64,000 nucleotides of DNA from a virus (taxonomy: Duplodnaviria; Caudoviricetes), in IMG/VR virus record IMGVR_UViG_3300025676_000004, positions 32,001-96,000 of that record. One strand, given 5' to 3'. Of this stretch, positions 11,407-22,465 are shown piece after piece (positions within the stretch are counted from its first letter, which is position 1; every line of letters starts with the position of its first letter). Below the pieces are notes generated by a model, which was not told the origin of the DNA, did no database searches, and saw only the letters and a list, made by a program, of their open reading frames with translations. The translations under genes were made by a program, and so were the position numbers.

Positions 11407-14085
11407 ATGTCAAGTAGTCTCCATTATGTAACACCACTTCAACTCTCTGACACATTCAACGAATGGTTCTTGAGAAGTAACGACCTTATTGATGTTGTCA
11501 ATAAGATTAATGTATACAATGTAGAGAACGGTTGGGGATTGGCAAGATATCGAAGTATTGACGGTACAACACTGATTAGACTTAATATCGGTCAAGAAGA
11601 AAAAGAATATGACGGTACAGCAGTTGCATCTGATTATACTTACGGACTTAGATTTATTGCAAATACCAGTGTAACTGGTGGTGCAAACCCCGATGTTTCT
11701 TCAACTCGAAAAATACTAACATTAGATTTTGAAAATTTACCGAGTGCAACAGGCGGTGTTTCAGGTGCATCTGTACATGAAACAGATTACTTTGCATTCT
11801 CCGATACTTCAAGTGGTACTGGTTCAATTCGTGGCGTTCAAGCACAGGATATGTTACCGTATGGAATTAGTGGTGACCATAGATTCTATGGTAATATTTA
11901 CTTCGATGGTGACAACACCGTCATCAACTCCACCGAACTAAACATTGATGATAAATTAATTTATATTGCGACAAACAATACAAATGATACAACTGATGGA
12001 TACTTAAACGACCAAAACCTTCAAGGTGCTGGTCTTGTTATTCGTGGTGCATCTGGTGATAAAGAATTCACTTACGAATATACTGAAGTAGCGGGTGGTG
12101 GGACATACCACGCATTCAAATCAAATATTGATATAATGTTTGGTGCAGATTCTTCTGCACTATGTGAAGATAATAGTTTGAAATTCTTATCATTGGTTGA
12201 TGATGATTTTGATATAAGTTTCCGAACAATAAACGGTGAAGACAAATTCTGGAAAATTAGAAGAACTAAATCTGGTGATACTCAAGGAAGATTAGTATTC
12301 TTCCATGAAAACACAACTACAGGTATTTCTGCTGATGCGATTTCATTATCTAAACTTGGAACAGTTAAAATCCATCAACTTGATGGTGACATTGTAGATG
12401 GTGTAACACACGAGTCAACATTCAAACATCAACCTGCTCCATATTCTGTACCAACATCTGGTATGAGTGGAGATTCATATCTTCATTATAAATGGACAAA
12501 TAGAAAAACAATAGACCAAGTTGCACACGGATTTACCGCAGGTGACTTGCTTAGATATTACCCATCAGGTACAACTTATGATAAAGCATACAATTCATCA
12601 AAAGCAACAGCAGAAGTAGTTGCAATTGTTGAAGATGGTTCGCCTGGTTCGAGTGCAGACCAATTTGTTGGAGTGTTCTCTGGATTGGTTGATTTGAGTT
12701 TATGGACTCCTCAAGGATGGAGTGCAGGACACGGTACAACAATGTCTGTTGGAGAAGTTTACTTCTTAGACGGAACAGGAAATTCTGGTGGGTTTACTTC
12801 AGACGAACCAATTACAGACGGTGAAATTAGAAAACCCATATTAGTTGCAACAGGACAACAAGAAGGACTATTTGTAAATTACCTTGGTAATGTTGTTGCA
12901 ACTGGTGATGCGGCGAGTGCCACTGGTGATATTGTATATTCTGATGGGTATCTATTAGATACATCAATTCTCCCAAATCAAGAATTTAAAAATAAGGTTG
13001 TAAATGGTGACTTCTCTTTCTGGCAACGAGCAGAAGATGGTATTGTTTCTGGTGGAACATCAGGTGCAATAAACTGGGACGGTTCAACTGGTACAAGATT
13101 TACATCAAGTAATGATGCAATCTATACATCTGATATGTGGATGATTGATACTCGGCCAGATGGAACATTAGCAGAATCCCAGAAACACGGTCATACATTT
13201 GCAAGTGGGCCAAGCAACACCTCACCATATACGACAGGTGTTCGTGGTTCTTATATGAAAGTTCTGAATAACACATCAGGTTCAGGTAGCAAATCATACT
13301 TAATCAATAGAATTGAAAATGTTGGTACACTTGCTCCTTCTTCGGGAACATCATATGCAACATTAAGTTATTATGTACAAGGTTCATCTGCGGGTGTTGC
13401 CTCAATGGACGATATGACAGTATCGCTTTGGCAAGTATTCGATGGTAATAGTGGAGATGGTATAGATTATGGTGGCGGTGCATCATCTTGTTGGGGTGTT
13501 AATTTAGGAAGCGGTGTTACCAATGAAGGTGGACACAGTGCAGACATTCCCACATCTTGGACAAAGCAATCTCACACTTTCATTTTAAAAAATACAGATG
13601 GAATAAGTGCAGGATATAATGAGAATTATAATTGGTTAGAAGTTAAATTTGAACTTCCAACACAATGGGGTGTTAGTGGTGGTATTGATTTAGCAAGAGT
13701 TCAACTTGAAGGTGGTTCAGGTGCCACGGATTGGGATAACAGACCAATACAAATTGAAGAGAGTATAGTTAATAGATACTATCAACGACATTTTGTATTG
13801 TTGAATTCATATGCTGATGCGGGTGGTACATTGGGTGCGAGTGTAAACTTTGACGCAACACCATATCCATATTACGGGTATACTCCTGCAACTAATTTAA
13901 ATAACAAGTGTGTTTATGTTCATAATGCAAGGTCTAATAATTGTGCAGTTGGAGCAACGACAGATGTTTCGAGTGCGGCGCCAGGAAATGGTTTCTTCAT
14001 CGAACGAATTAATAATTCTGGAAGTGCAGGAATGGTAGGAATGGGTGGTATTTACCACTTTGATTTTGGAATCTACGATGATTAA
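11407..14085 (+). CDS. tail fibre / baseplate-attached fibre protein
   Basis: N-terminal SDTFNEWFLRSN attachment-type motif; Gly/Ser/Thr-rich; C-terminal NKVVNGDFSFWQR...VQLEGG module. Confidence 0.7.
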   Translation: MSSSLHYVTPLQLSDTFNEWFLRSNDLIDVVNKINVYNVENGWGLARYRSIDGTTLIRLNIGQEEKEYDGTAVASDYTYGLRFIANTSVTGGANPDVSSTRKILTLDFENLPSATGGVSGASVHETDYFAFSDTSSGTGSIRGVQAQDMLPYGISGDHRFYGNIYFDGDNTVINSTELNIDDKLIYIATNNTNDTTDGYLNDQNLQGAGLVIRGASGDKEFTYEYTEVAGGGTYHAFKSNIDIMFGADSSALCEDNSLKFLSLVDDDFDISFRTINGEDKFWKIRRTKSGDTQGRLVFFHENTTTGISADAISLSKLGTVKIHQLDGDIVDGVTHESTFKHQPAPYSVPTSGMSGDSYLHYKWTNRKTIDQVAHGFTAGDLLRYYPSGTTYDKAYNSSKATAEVVAIVEDGSPGSSADQFVGVFSGLVDLSLWTPQGWSAGHGTTMSVGEVYFLDGTGNSGGFTSDEPITDGEIRKPILVATGQQEGLFVNYLGNVVATGDAASATGDIVYSDGYLLDTSILPNQEFKNKVVNGDFSFWQRAEDGIVSGGTSGAINWDGSTGTRFTSSNDAIYTSDMWMIDTRPDGTLAESQKHGHTFASGPSNTSPYTTGVRGSYMKVLNNTSGSGSKSYLINRIENVGTLAPSSGTSYATLSYYVQGSSAGVASMDDMTVSLWQVFDGNSGDGIDYGGGASSCWGVNLGSGVTNEGGHSADIPTSWTKQSHTFILKNTDGISAGYNENYNWLEVKFELPTQWGVSGGIDLARVQLEGGSGATDWDNRPIQIEESIVNRYYQRHFVLLNSYADAGGTLGASVNFDATPYPYYGYTPATNLNNKCVYVHNARSNNCAVGATTDVSSAAPGNGFFIERINNSGSAGMVGMGGIYHFDFGIYDD

Positions 14086-14098
14086 GAGAGGACACTAA

Positions 14099-16501
14099 AT
14101 GGGTAACAGTGCATTTGAAGGTTCGGGTTCGGGTAATGCCGGCGTTAAAATAACTGTACAACAGTCTAACAACTTTGTTGCAGGTGAAGCACTACGATTA
14201 AATGGTAGTTTGTATGTTCGGGCAGTTGCAACATCTTCCGAAGACTCCGAAGCCATAGGTGTCGTTGAAAGTGCAAGTGGTTCTAGTTTTACCATTGTGT
14301 TTTCTGGTGAAATCAATCTCAGCGATGCTTCTTGGACACCAGTTGAAGGTAGTGTATATTTCTTATCTTCTGCTACAGAAGGCGAACTCACAACTGTTCC
14401 GCCTTTAAGTACAGGTACAGTCAAGAAAACCATTATGGTTGGGACAAGTAACGAAAAAGGTATTATTGTAAACTATCTTGGATTAATGAATGGTATTGGT
14501 GGTAATGATTTAGTAGAACTTGATGGTGTCCAACCAATTGGTAGTATTATACCATACAGTGGTAATATCTCAGAACTATCAAAAATTCCCACAGGATGGT
14601 TGTTGTGTGACGGTTCAAAATTCAACAATATTGATTATCCAGAACTTGCTCTTTTATTAGGAGATTCATTCGGTACAATATCGGGTAATGAATACACACT
14701 TCCTGATTTCAGAGGCAGAACACCTATTGGTGTAAACACTAACAATAATGCAACAGAAATAAATAACGCATTAACACAAAGAGTAATTGGTAATCAGTCA
14801 GGACAAGAAGAGCATGCAATAGGCACTGATGAAATTCCTAGTCACACTCACAGTGCAACACAACTTGCTTATGTGGACGAAGCATCTAATATCGAAAATG
14901 CTTGGCATAATTTACGAGTTGATACAAATGTATATGGTCCAGTTGGTGGTCAAACCGTAACATCAACCAGTTCAGGTGTGACAGCAAACACAGTAGTTAC
15001 AAATATCGGTGCCAAGGGCCCTGTTTGTGGTAATGACTTCGCAGGATGGTGGAATGGTAGTGGTGATGACCTCGATTATGGTTTAGTAAACTTTAATAAT
15101 ATCACAGTAAGTCCTTCAGGCAACGGTTTGCCACACAACAATATGCAACCGTATATTACAGTAAATTGGTTGATTCGTGCAACAGCACAAGCATCGGCCG
15201 CTATATTAACAGTAAATCTGGAAAATCTTGCAGATGTAGATAAAACAAAATCTTGCGGTATCAGTTGTGAAGGTGCGTGTAATTCACCAAAACACGGCGA
15301 TTCTATAGTATTTAATGAAGCAAATACTACCACAAAAAATAATGGACACGGTTCAGATAAATTTGTAATTACTTCGTCAAGCAATCCAAATAAAAATGTC
15401 ATCATTAATGGAAACTTTGATGTGTGGCAAAGAGGAACTTCCTTCAATTTTAATACAGGAAATACACATTTAACCACAGCAGATAGATGGCAGTGGGGGC
15501 AAGGTGCATCAACAAGCATAGTAATGGAAGTACAAAAAACTACACAAAATCCATTTGCAACAGGACAGTCATATATCCCAAGTACATATTCCCTTCAGAC
15601 GATTTTAACAGATGGTTCTACGATGCAATCAGCAGATTATGTGGGACTAAATTATGTTGTTGAAGGTTATGATTTCAGAAATCTTTGGAGTGCTAAATGT
15701 ATGACATTGAGTTTCTTTGTTTCTGTAAATACAGCAGGAACTTATTGTGTATCATTTAGAAATAAAGATTACACACAATCACTTGTTGCCGAATATACAA
15801 TCGACACAGCAAATGTTTGGGAATGGAAAACTATAACAGTGCCACTCCCGACAGAAAGTGCAGTTGGTTGGGACTTTGATAATGATGCGGGATTGAGAAT
15901 CGGTTGGGTTCTTGCTTCTGGTTCAAATTGGCACACAAACACAACAAACCAATGGATGTCTGGTTCTTCTTACGGTACACCAAATCAAGTAAATAGTGTT
16001 GCAGTAGCAGAACCATCTGATGCAGGATTCTCTATATCTCAAGTTCAACTTGAAGCAGGTTCAGTAGCAACTCCCTTCCAACAAAGAAACAGAGAAGAAG
16101 AAATTTCAAAATGTCAACGGTATTATCAGAAAAGTTATGACTTAGATGTATTGCCTGGAACATTTACTTGGAATGGCGCCGCTGGCGACTGGGCAAGACC
16201 ACAAGCAAATGGGCAATCATCTGGTGATGGAGATTTTGGTTGGAGAATAGAATATCCAACTACCTTTAGAAAAAATCCAACGGTAACAGTATATGCTCCA
16301 TATAGTGGAACTATTGGATGGATGTCGCCTGGTAATTCCGTTGCGTCGATACCTCTTGGAAATGCGTGGGAAATTAATGCTAAGGCAGGGCATTCAGGCA
16401 CCAAATCATTCCTAATGGTACATGATGGTGGTCAAGATACCAATTACGCATTTCAACAACAATGGTATGCTCATTATACCGCAGATGCAGAGATACTCTA
16501 A
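14099..16501 (+). CDS. tail fibre protein with phage tail-collar domain
   Basis: PIGSIIPYSG...PTGWLLCDG...YPEL...LPDFRGRTPIG collar motif; HNNMQPY; NVIINGNFDVWQRG module. Confidence 0.85.
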   Translation: MGNSAFEGSGSGNAGVKITVQQSNNFVAGEALRLNGSLYVRAVATSSEDSEAIGVVESASGSSFTIVFSGEINLSDASWTPVEGSVYFLSSATEGELTTVPPLSTGTVKKTIMVGTSNEKGIIVNYLGLMNGIGGNDLVELDGVQPIGSIIPYSGNISELSKIPTGWLLCDGSKFNNIDYPELALLLGDSFGTISGNEYTLPDFRGRTPIGVNTNNNATEINNALTQRVIGNQSGQEEHAIGTDEIPSHTHSATQLAYVDEASNIENAWHNLRVDTNVYGPVGGQTVTSTSSGVTANTVVTNIGAKGPVCGNDFAGWWNGSGDDLDYGLVNFNNITVSPSGNGLPHNNMQPYITVNWLIRATAQASAAILTVNLENLADVDKTKSCGISCEGACNSPKHGDSIVFNEANTTTKNNGHGSDKFVITSSSNPNKNVIINGNFDVWQRGTSFNFNTGNTHLTTADRWQWGQGASTSIVMEVQKTTQNPFATGQSYIPSTYSLQTILTDGSTMQSADYVGLNYVVEGYDFRNLWSAKCMTLSFFVSVNTAGTYCVSFRNKDYTQSLVAEYTIDTANVWEWKTITVPLPTESAVGWDFDNDAGLRIGWVLASGSNWHTNTTNQWMSGSSYGTPNQVNSVAVAEPSDAGFSISQVQLEAGSVATPFQQRNREEEISKCQRYYQKSYDLDVLPGTFTWNGAAGDWARPQANGQSSGDGDFGWRIEYPTTFRKNPTVTVYAPYSGTIGWMSPGNSVASIPLGNAWEINAKAGHSGTKSFLMVHDGGQDTNYAFQQQWYAHYTADAEIL

Positions 16502-16518
16502 ACGATAGGAAATAACAT

Positions 16519-18651
16519 ATGGCGTATTATAGTGCAATAAATGTTCCAACAGATGTTGAGGGATTAGTTCAAATAATCTCTAGCAATATCAATTATTATA
16601 TTAGTCCAGATGGCAATGATTCATCTGGAGTTGGCACATCTGTTAGTCCGTGGAAAACTTTAACAAAAGCATTTGACTTTATTAAAAATAAAAGAATAGC
16701 AAAGGATGCTTCTGTAACATTCACAATCAAAAGAAAAGAAAATATGGATTTTTGGTATGAATATCTTATTGACGATACCAATATTGTTGTAGAGCATCCA
16801 GATGCAGATAGGATTATAATTCAAGGTGAAATTTCAAGCACATTAAATCTTTATGGTGTAAATTATTATGATTCAACATTAAGAGCAATGGGTGACTCTA
16901 TCACTGGTGGATACTTAATGGAAATTACAGTTCAAGATGCCACAAATGTTAGTGTTGGTGACTTCATTACGATTAAGGATAGTAATTATTCTGCCGGTTC
17001 TTCATATACAACTGGTATGTCAGGTGCGACATTTATAGAAACAGATTTTGACCACTACGAAACAAGTCCATATTCTGGCGAAGATATCAGTGGTTCTTCT
17101 GCTGATTATGCTCCACTATCGTTAAGAAAATGTTTAGCATTTGGTTGTCACGAAGTGATTGGTGTAGATGTTGTTGGTGGTTCAATTTCAAGTGATACTG
17201 TTCTTCTTCATATTAGACATACAAATAATACATTTGAATCATATGCAAATGGTACAGATGGTGCTACAGCATATGTTACTCCACAAAGTTTACAATTCTC
17301 ATCCGATGTAAATAATTTCCCATCAACACAAACAACAGCAGGATATATTCAAGGCAATGTTTGGAGTGATGGTGCAACTGGTCATAGACTTGGTGTTACA
17401 GGTACTAACAAACTTCCTGTTTCTGGTGGTTATACAGCAGGAGCATCGGGCAGTTATGGTGGATGGACAGCAGAAGCAAACGGTGGTACAGACATTGGTG
17501 GTATCAGTGGTGGTAATGGTTATTGGTGGGATAAAAGTCCACAACAAAGTAACGGCATGCAAAGTGCATTTAGTGGGATAGAAGTTAAACATCTTCCTTG
17601 TAGAATAAATTTTCAAAATAGTAGTGGTTTAGAATTCAATAGTAGTCAATTAGGAAAACTAAAAGACTTGGTAATTTGTGGACCATCATTTGCATTGGGT
17701 GCAACTGCATCAATATTAACAGATGGTTCTGTTGGTGTAAAAGCAAACGATGGTGGTGGATTAATTGAAACCGATAATATTGCAGTCGTTGGATTTGAAA
17801 GTGGATTTGTTTCAGAAAACAATTCACAAATAATTGCAAGTGGTTCAATTTCAAGTGCTTGTAAATATGGATTTGTTTCAAACAATAACAGTCAAATGGA
17901 AGCAAAACATACTATTGCTTCTGGTTGTTATGATGGATATAGTAGCACCAACCATTCTAATATGAACAGTTCATATAGTATCTCTGTCGCAAATGAAAAT
18001 GACGGAATGCTAGTATCTCATAATAGTAATATGGATGCATCGTTTGGTTTGTCTTGTATGAATACTGGGTATGGTTATCACATAAACAACTCTTCAAATT
18101 TACACTTATCCCCAGATAGAAATATCCTTGGTGAAAATGGTGTGGGCACTACTGCTGATTCACTGAATGGTGGAGCAACAAGTGATGTACGATACCACTA
18201 TTCTGATAAGACAGGTTCATTCGCATTCCGAAATAATCTTTCAGGTGTATATGTAGAAAACTCAAATGTATATGCAACAAATACAAGAAGTAGTTATAAC
18301 TTAAACGCAGGTGTTCTTGCTGATAGAAAATCACACATTGATGCTAACCACATTAACACATTCAATAATGGGTTAAGTGCAGGTAATAATTATCACGGTT
18401 CTGGTTTTGTTGTCAATAACCAAAGTACAGGTATTGTTGGTATGTCCACATCCGAGAACAATAAGGTGTACGGTTTCCATTCGGATTATGGTTCAAACTT
18501 AATTGCGACAGGTGCATCTGGTGGTACTGCTGATGGTGGTCAAGGTGCCGGTACTTATGGATTATATTCCGATAAGGACTCTTTAATATTTAACAACAAT
18601 GCTTCAGGTTCTACGGCATCGGCGAACAACGGAGCGATTCGAGATTATTGA
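16519..18651 (+). CDS. tail spike/fibre with probable parallel beta-helix (pectin-lyase-like)
   Basis: YYISPDGNDSSGVGTSVSPWKTLTKA motif; repetitive Asn/Ser-rich G-x-x-x-x-N-N-S turns in the C-terminal half. Confidence 0.7.
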   Translation: MAYYSAINVPTDVEGLVQIISSNINYYISPDGNDSSGVGTSVSPWKTLTKAFDFIKNKRIAKDASVTFTIKRKENMDFWYEYLIDDTNIVVEHPDADRIIIQGEISSTLNLYGVNYYDSTLRAMGDSITGGYLMEITVQDATNVSVGDFITIKDSNYSAGSSYTTGMSGATFIETDFDHYETSPYSGEDISGSSADYAPLSLRKCLAFGCHEVIGVDVVGGSISSDTVLLHIRHTNNTFESYANGTDGATAYVTPQSLQFSSDVNNFPSTQTTAGYIQGNVWSDGATGHRLGVTGTNKLPVSGGYTAGASGSYGGWTAEANGGTDIGGISGGNGYWWDKSPQQSNGMQSAFSGIEVKHLPCRINFQNSSGLEFNSSQLGKLKDLVICGPSFALGATASILTDGSVGVKANDGGGLIETDNIAVVGFESGFVSENNSQIIASGSISSACKYGFVSNNNSQMEAKHTIASGCYDGYSSTNHSNMNSSYSISVANENDGMLVSHNSNMDASFGLSCMNTGYGYHINNSSNLHLSPDRNILGENGVGTTADSLNGGATSDVRYHYSDKTGSFAFRNNLSGVYVENSNVYATNTRSSYNLNAGVLADRKSHIDANHINTFNNGLSAGNNYHGSGFVVNNQSTGIVGMSTSENNKVYGFHSDYGSNLIATGASGGTADGGQGAGTYGLYSDKDSLIFNNNASGSTASANNGAIRDY

Positions 18652-19112
18652 TAATGGGTATTTTTCGTCATTTGCCAGATGATATAATTGAAATTAATGG
18701 TGAAAAGTTTGATTTGGAACTATTCCTTGAACTTGAACCAGAATATTATTTACCAGAAAATACAATTTCAAGAGAATATGAATCTGGTAGTCATCATATT
18801 CTATATTCAAAGGATAACCAATTTCAAGGTGAGTTTCCGTGGATTAATGGTGACAGATATATTCTTCGTGTTGCAGACTTAAATTTATTATTAAATACAA
18901 TAGAAGAAGATAATAAATATGTCAGGTCTCTACAAAAAGAAAACTCAGAAATAATAAAAGATAGACAAACCGAATATCCAAGAACTGACGAGTTGATTGT
19001 TGCAATGTGGGAGTATTTTGTTGAAGGAAGACCAGCAGAAACTACTATAAATATAGTACAGGAAAAGCGATTAAAAGTGAAGGAGCAATTTCCAAATGAA
19101 GATAACTTATGA
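18648..19112 (+). CDS. fibre-associated / assembly chaperone-like protein
   Basis: C-terminal RQTEYP..DELIVAMWE...LKVKEQFP motif of fibre-adjacent phage proteins. Confidence 0.5.
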   Translation: MIMGIFRHLPDDIIEINGEKFDLELFLELEPEYYLPENTISREYESGSHHILYSKDNQFQGEFPWINGDRYILRVADLNLLLNTIEEDNKYVRSLQKENSEIIKDRQTEYPRTDELIVAMWEYFVEGRPAETTINIVQEKRLKVKEQFPNEDNL

Positions 19113-19482
19113 ACAACTATATCGGTCATATCCAGTATTTAACCATCTATTAGACCAACCACTACCAATTCAAACATCTTTGAAATTTCAAGATTTGCTT
19201 GAAAGTGTCAATCCACATCTAAAGCAAATTGAAAATATTCAAAATGAATTGATTGATAAATATGCAGAAGATAGTGATGAAGAAGGTGTGGTAGAAGTAC
19301 CAGAAAACAAAAGAGAAGAGTTTATTAAAGAACTTGAAAAATCTCTACAAAACGAAATCATCATCTCTTGGGATACGATTAAATTGCAGGATTTGGGTGA
19401 ACAAGTAAATATATCGGTTAGGGGATTGGAAACCATCTCCTATCTTCTTGAAGATTATAGTAAAATGGCTGTTATATCATAA
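19096..19482 (+). CDS. hypothetical helical protein (DUF1617-like)
   Basis: AAGGAG RBS; LPIQTSLK...NELIDKYAE pattern. Confidence 0.5.
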   Translation: MKITYEQLYRSYPVFNHLLDQPLPIQTSLKFQDLLESVNPHLKQIENIQNELIDKYAEDSDEEGVVEVPENKREEFIKELEKSLQNEIIISWDTIKLQDLGEQVNISVRGLETISYLLEDYSKMAVIS

Positions 19483-19496
19483 TATCCTTTTTATAT

Positions 19497-19504
19497 TATA
19501 CATA
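19497..19504 (+). promoter_or_regulatory. variant late promoter (gp13)
   Basis: Intergenic TATACATA. Confidence 0.7.
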
Positions 19505-19527
19505 TAGAAGAAAAGGAGAATGACGGA

Positions 19528-20274
19528 ATGGCTCTATCATCAAGACAACAACTTAAAGACTACGCTCTACGCCGACTCGGTAGTCCTGTAATTGATATTA
19601 ATGTGGACGATTCTCAATTAGAGGATAGATTAGATGATGCACTTCAATTTTTCGCAGACTATCATTACGATGGAGCAGAAAAACTTTACATAACTCATCT
19701 AGTAACACAAGATGACATTGACAATGGATATCTCGATATGACAAATATTGATGATTCTGTAATTAGTGTTTCAAATATATTTCAATTCTCTAACAATTCA
19801 AGTAATATGTTCGATATGCAATATCAAATGGCACTGAATGATTGGTATGGATGGCACAGTGGTGGGACAATGACAAACTATGTAATGGTTCGTCAAAATA
19901 TGGCATTGGTTCAACAAATGCTCGACCCTGCCAAATCATACAGATTCACAAGAGCAACTATGCGATTATATCTTGATATGAATTGGAGTGAGGAAGTTAA
20001 AGTTGGAGAATATCTAACAGCAGAAGTATGGGCAATCATTGACCCAGAAGCACACACAAGAGTTTATAATAATAGACTCCTCAAGCAATATGTTGCTTCA
20101 TTATTCAAACGACAATGGGGTGCAAACCTTTCCAAATTTGAAAATATTCAATTGCCTGGTGGTGTATCATTTAATGGACAACAAATTTTCGACCAAGCAA
20201 ACGAAGAAGTAATGAAAATTGAAGAAGAAATGCAGTTGAAATTTGAAGAACCGCCTGGTTTCATTGTAGGATAA
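19528..20274 (+). CDS. gp13: neck protein gp13
   Basis: LKDYALRRLGSPVIDINVDD; QWGANLSKF..IQLPGGV. Confidence 0.95.
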   Translation: MALSSRQQLKDYALRRLGSPVIDINVDDSQLEDRLDDALQFFADYHYDGAEKLYITHLVTQDDIDNGYLDMTNIDDSVISVSNIFQFSNNSSNMFDMQYQMALNDWYGWHSGGTMTNYVMVRQNMALVQQMLDPAKSYRFTRATMRLYLDMNWSEEVKVGEYLTAEVWAIIDPEAHTRVYNNRLLKQYVASLFKRQWGANLSKFENIQLPGGVSFNGQQIFDQANEEVMKIEEEMQLKFEEPPGFIVG

Positions 20275-20277
20275 TAA

Positions 20278-21132
20278 ATGGCAAAGAATCCATATTTTAA
20301 ACATACCAACAACGAACAACAAATTGTTGAAGACCTTACCATCGAAGCAATCAAAATTCACGGTGAGGATATGGTATACATTCCCCGAACAATTGTAAAT
20401 AAAGACGAATTGTTTGGTGAAGATACTATTAGTAAATTTGAGGGTGGTACTCAAATTGAAATGTATGTTGAGAGTGTTGATGGATTTGAAGGTGATGGAG
20501 ATTTCATATCAAAGTTTGGTCTTGAAATTCGTGATAGTATTTCTCTAGTTGTATCTAAGAAAAGATTCGTACAAGAAATTGCCAATGGTAGACCACTTGA
20601 AGGGGATTTAATTTACTTCCCACTCACCAAAGGTTTGTTTGAAATTAAATTTGTCGAACACGAAAATCCATTCTACCAATTAGGTAAACTTTACACATAT
20701 AAACTTTCCTGTGAATTATTCCAATACAGTCAAGAAGACTTGAATACAGGATGGTCAGATGTTGATACGATTGAAGATACACATCAAGACACAACGATGA
20801 ACTTAGTATTCTCTGCATCAACAGGTTCATTTGTGGTTGGAGAATCTATCACAACCGTAAGTGGGTTTAGTGCAAAGGTTGTTGCTTGGGCAGGAACTAC
20901 AAATACCCTTGTGGTACATAATCTTTCAGGGACTCTCTCAGGGGGCGATACAGTCACTGGTTCGTCCTCCAGTGCGACAGGAACATTCCAATCACAATCT
21001 GCTCCTGCAATACCAACAATCATCCCCAACGCAAGCACAGACCCGTTTGACGCATCTGATGATATGCAAGTCAACGCAGATGACATATTCGACTTTACCG
21101 ACATTGACCCGTTCTCAGATGGGGGATATTAA
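20278..21132 (+). CDS. gp14: neck protein gp14
   Basis: EAIKIHG..YIPR, SKFGLEIRD, RPLEGDLIYFP, FVEHENPFYQLGK. Confidence 0.95.
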   Translation: MAKNPYFKHTNNEQQIVEDLTIEAIKIHGEDMVYIPRTIVNKDELFGEDTISKFEGGTQIEMYVESVDGFEGDGDFISKFGLEIRDSISLVVSKKRFVQEIANGRPLEGDLIYFPLTKGLFEIKFVEHENPFYQLGKLYTYKLSCELFQYSQEDLNTGWSDVDTIEDTHQDTTMNLVFSASTGSFVVGESITTVSGFSAKVVAWAGTTNTLVVHNLSGTLSGGDTVTGSSSSATGTFQSQSAPAIPTIIPNASTDPFDASDDMQVNADDIFDFTDIDPFSDGGY

Positions 21133-21950
21133 TGTTTACATATTTTAATAACAATTCAGTACGAAATCTTGTGGTAGCATTTGGTTCACTCTTTAATAAT
21201 CTTCGCATTCAAAGATATAATACAGATGGTTCAGTAAAAGAAAATATCAGAATTCCACTTGCATATGGTGCTAAAGAAAAATATCTACGGCGTATTGATG
21301 AAGGTGGTTCTATTCAAAATGAAGATGGTCAAGTAGTTGCAATTACTTTACCAAGAATGAGTTTTGAACTTGAATCGGTGGATTACGATACTACACGAAA
21401 AAGAAACACAATGCAGAAATTGGCTGGTGTGCATACAGACGACAGCAAAATGAATTATACTTATGCAGAAGTTCCATACAATGTCAATTTCAATTTATAC
21501 ATTATGACAAAGTTTATGGACGATGGATTGCAGATTGTTGAGCAAATCCTCCCATATTTTACTCCAGAATTTACAGTATCAATTAATCCAACCACTCTTG
21601 CTACCAAAATGGATATTCCTATCGTTCTGAATAGTGTTAGTAGTGAAGAAGATTGGGAAGGTGATTTTGATTCAAGAAGAAGTTTAACTTGGACTCTCGG
21701 ATTTACAGCAAAGACATATATCTATGGTAGAAAATCCGACCAAGAAAGAATCAAGAGAGTATTGGCAACTATACTTGATGGTGGTATTGCATCTGGGACT
21801 ACTGGTGCCGCATCGAGTATGATTGATGTTGGAGTAACAGGACCTTCTGGTGCTTCTTCCGATTCTTCTAATTATGACCCAGATATTACATTTAGAGTAT
21901 GGGGTAGTGGTACAGGTGATATAGATATTTATGGAGATATAATAGGGTGA
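21132..21950 (+). CDS. gp15: tail terminator gp15
   Basis: VAFGSLFNN, PLAYG.KEK, TLPRMSFE, QIVEQILPYFTPE. Confidence 0.95.
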   Translation: MFTYFNNNSVRNLVVAFGSLFNNLRIQRYNTDGSVKENIRIPLAYGAKEKYLRRIDEGGSIQNEDGQVVAITLPRMSFELESVDYDTTRKRNTMQKLAGVHTDDSKMNYTYAEVPYNVNFNLYIMTKFMDDGLQIVEQILPYFTPEFTVSINPTTLATKMDIPIVLNSVSSEEDWEGDFDSRRSLTWTLGFTAKTYIYGRKSDQERIKRVLATILDGGIASGTTGAASSMIDVGVTGPSGASSDSSNYDPDITFRVWGSGTGDIDIYGDIIG

Positions 21951-22465
21951 GTGATAAGAAAAAAGTTGATGAACAAATAGAAGATGCATTAGATTTAGAA
22001 ATAACAGAAGACAGTGAAATAGTACACGATGGAATGTCTGCTGGCGGAAGTCCAATTATGATTCCGACAAGTGATGAAGACAAACTCAAGCGTGACTATA
22101 ATCTTGTAAGAAAAAACCTAAAAGATATTATTGATACAGGGAATACTGCCATTGATGGTATTCTTACTGTTGCATCTGAAACAGAATCACCAAGAGCATA
22201 TGAAGTTGCCGCTCAGATGATTAAGAATGTTGCTGATGTGAATAAAGACCTTATTGAAATGCACAACAAGATGAAGCAAATTAGAAAAGAAGATGGTACA
22301 CAAAAAGCACAGAACATTACCAACAATTCTCTTTTTGTAGGTTCTACTCAAGAACTTCAAAAACTATTGAAACAGCAAAGAGAACAATTGATTGAAAGTG
22401 AAATTGAAGAAAAAGAAGCACTTGATATTATTGATGTAGAGTATGAAGATAATGACAAAGAATGA
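21947..22465 (+). CDS. gp16: terminase small subunit
   Basis: DYNLVRKNL, ESPRAYEVA, NNSLFVGSTQELQKLL. Confidence 0.92.
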   Translation: MSDKKKVDEQIEDALDLEITEDSEIVHDGMSAGGSPIMIPTSDEDKLKRDYNLVRKNLKDIIDTGNTAIDGILTVASETESPRAYEVAAQMIKNVADVNKDLIEMHNKMKQIRKEDGTQKAQNITNNSLFVGSTQELQKLLKQQREQLIESEIEEKEALDIIDVEYEDNDKE

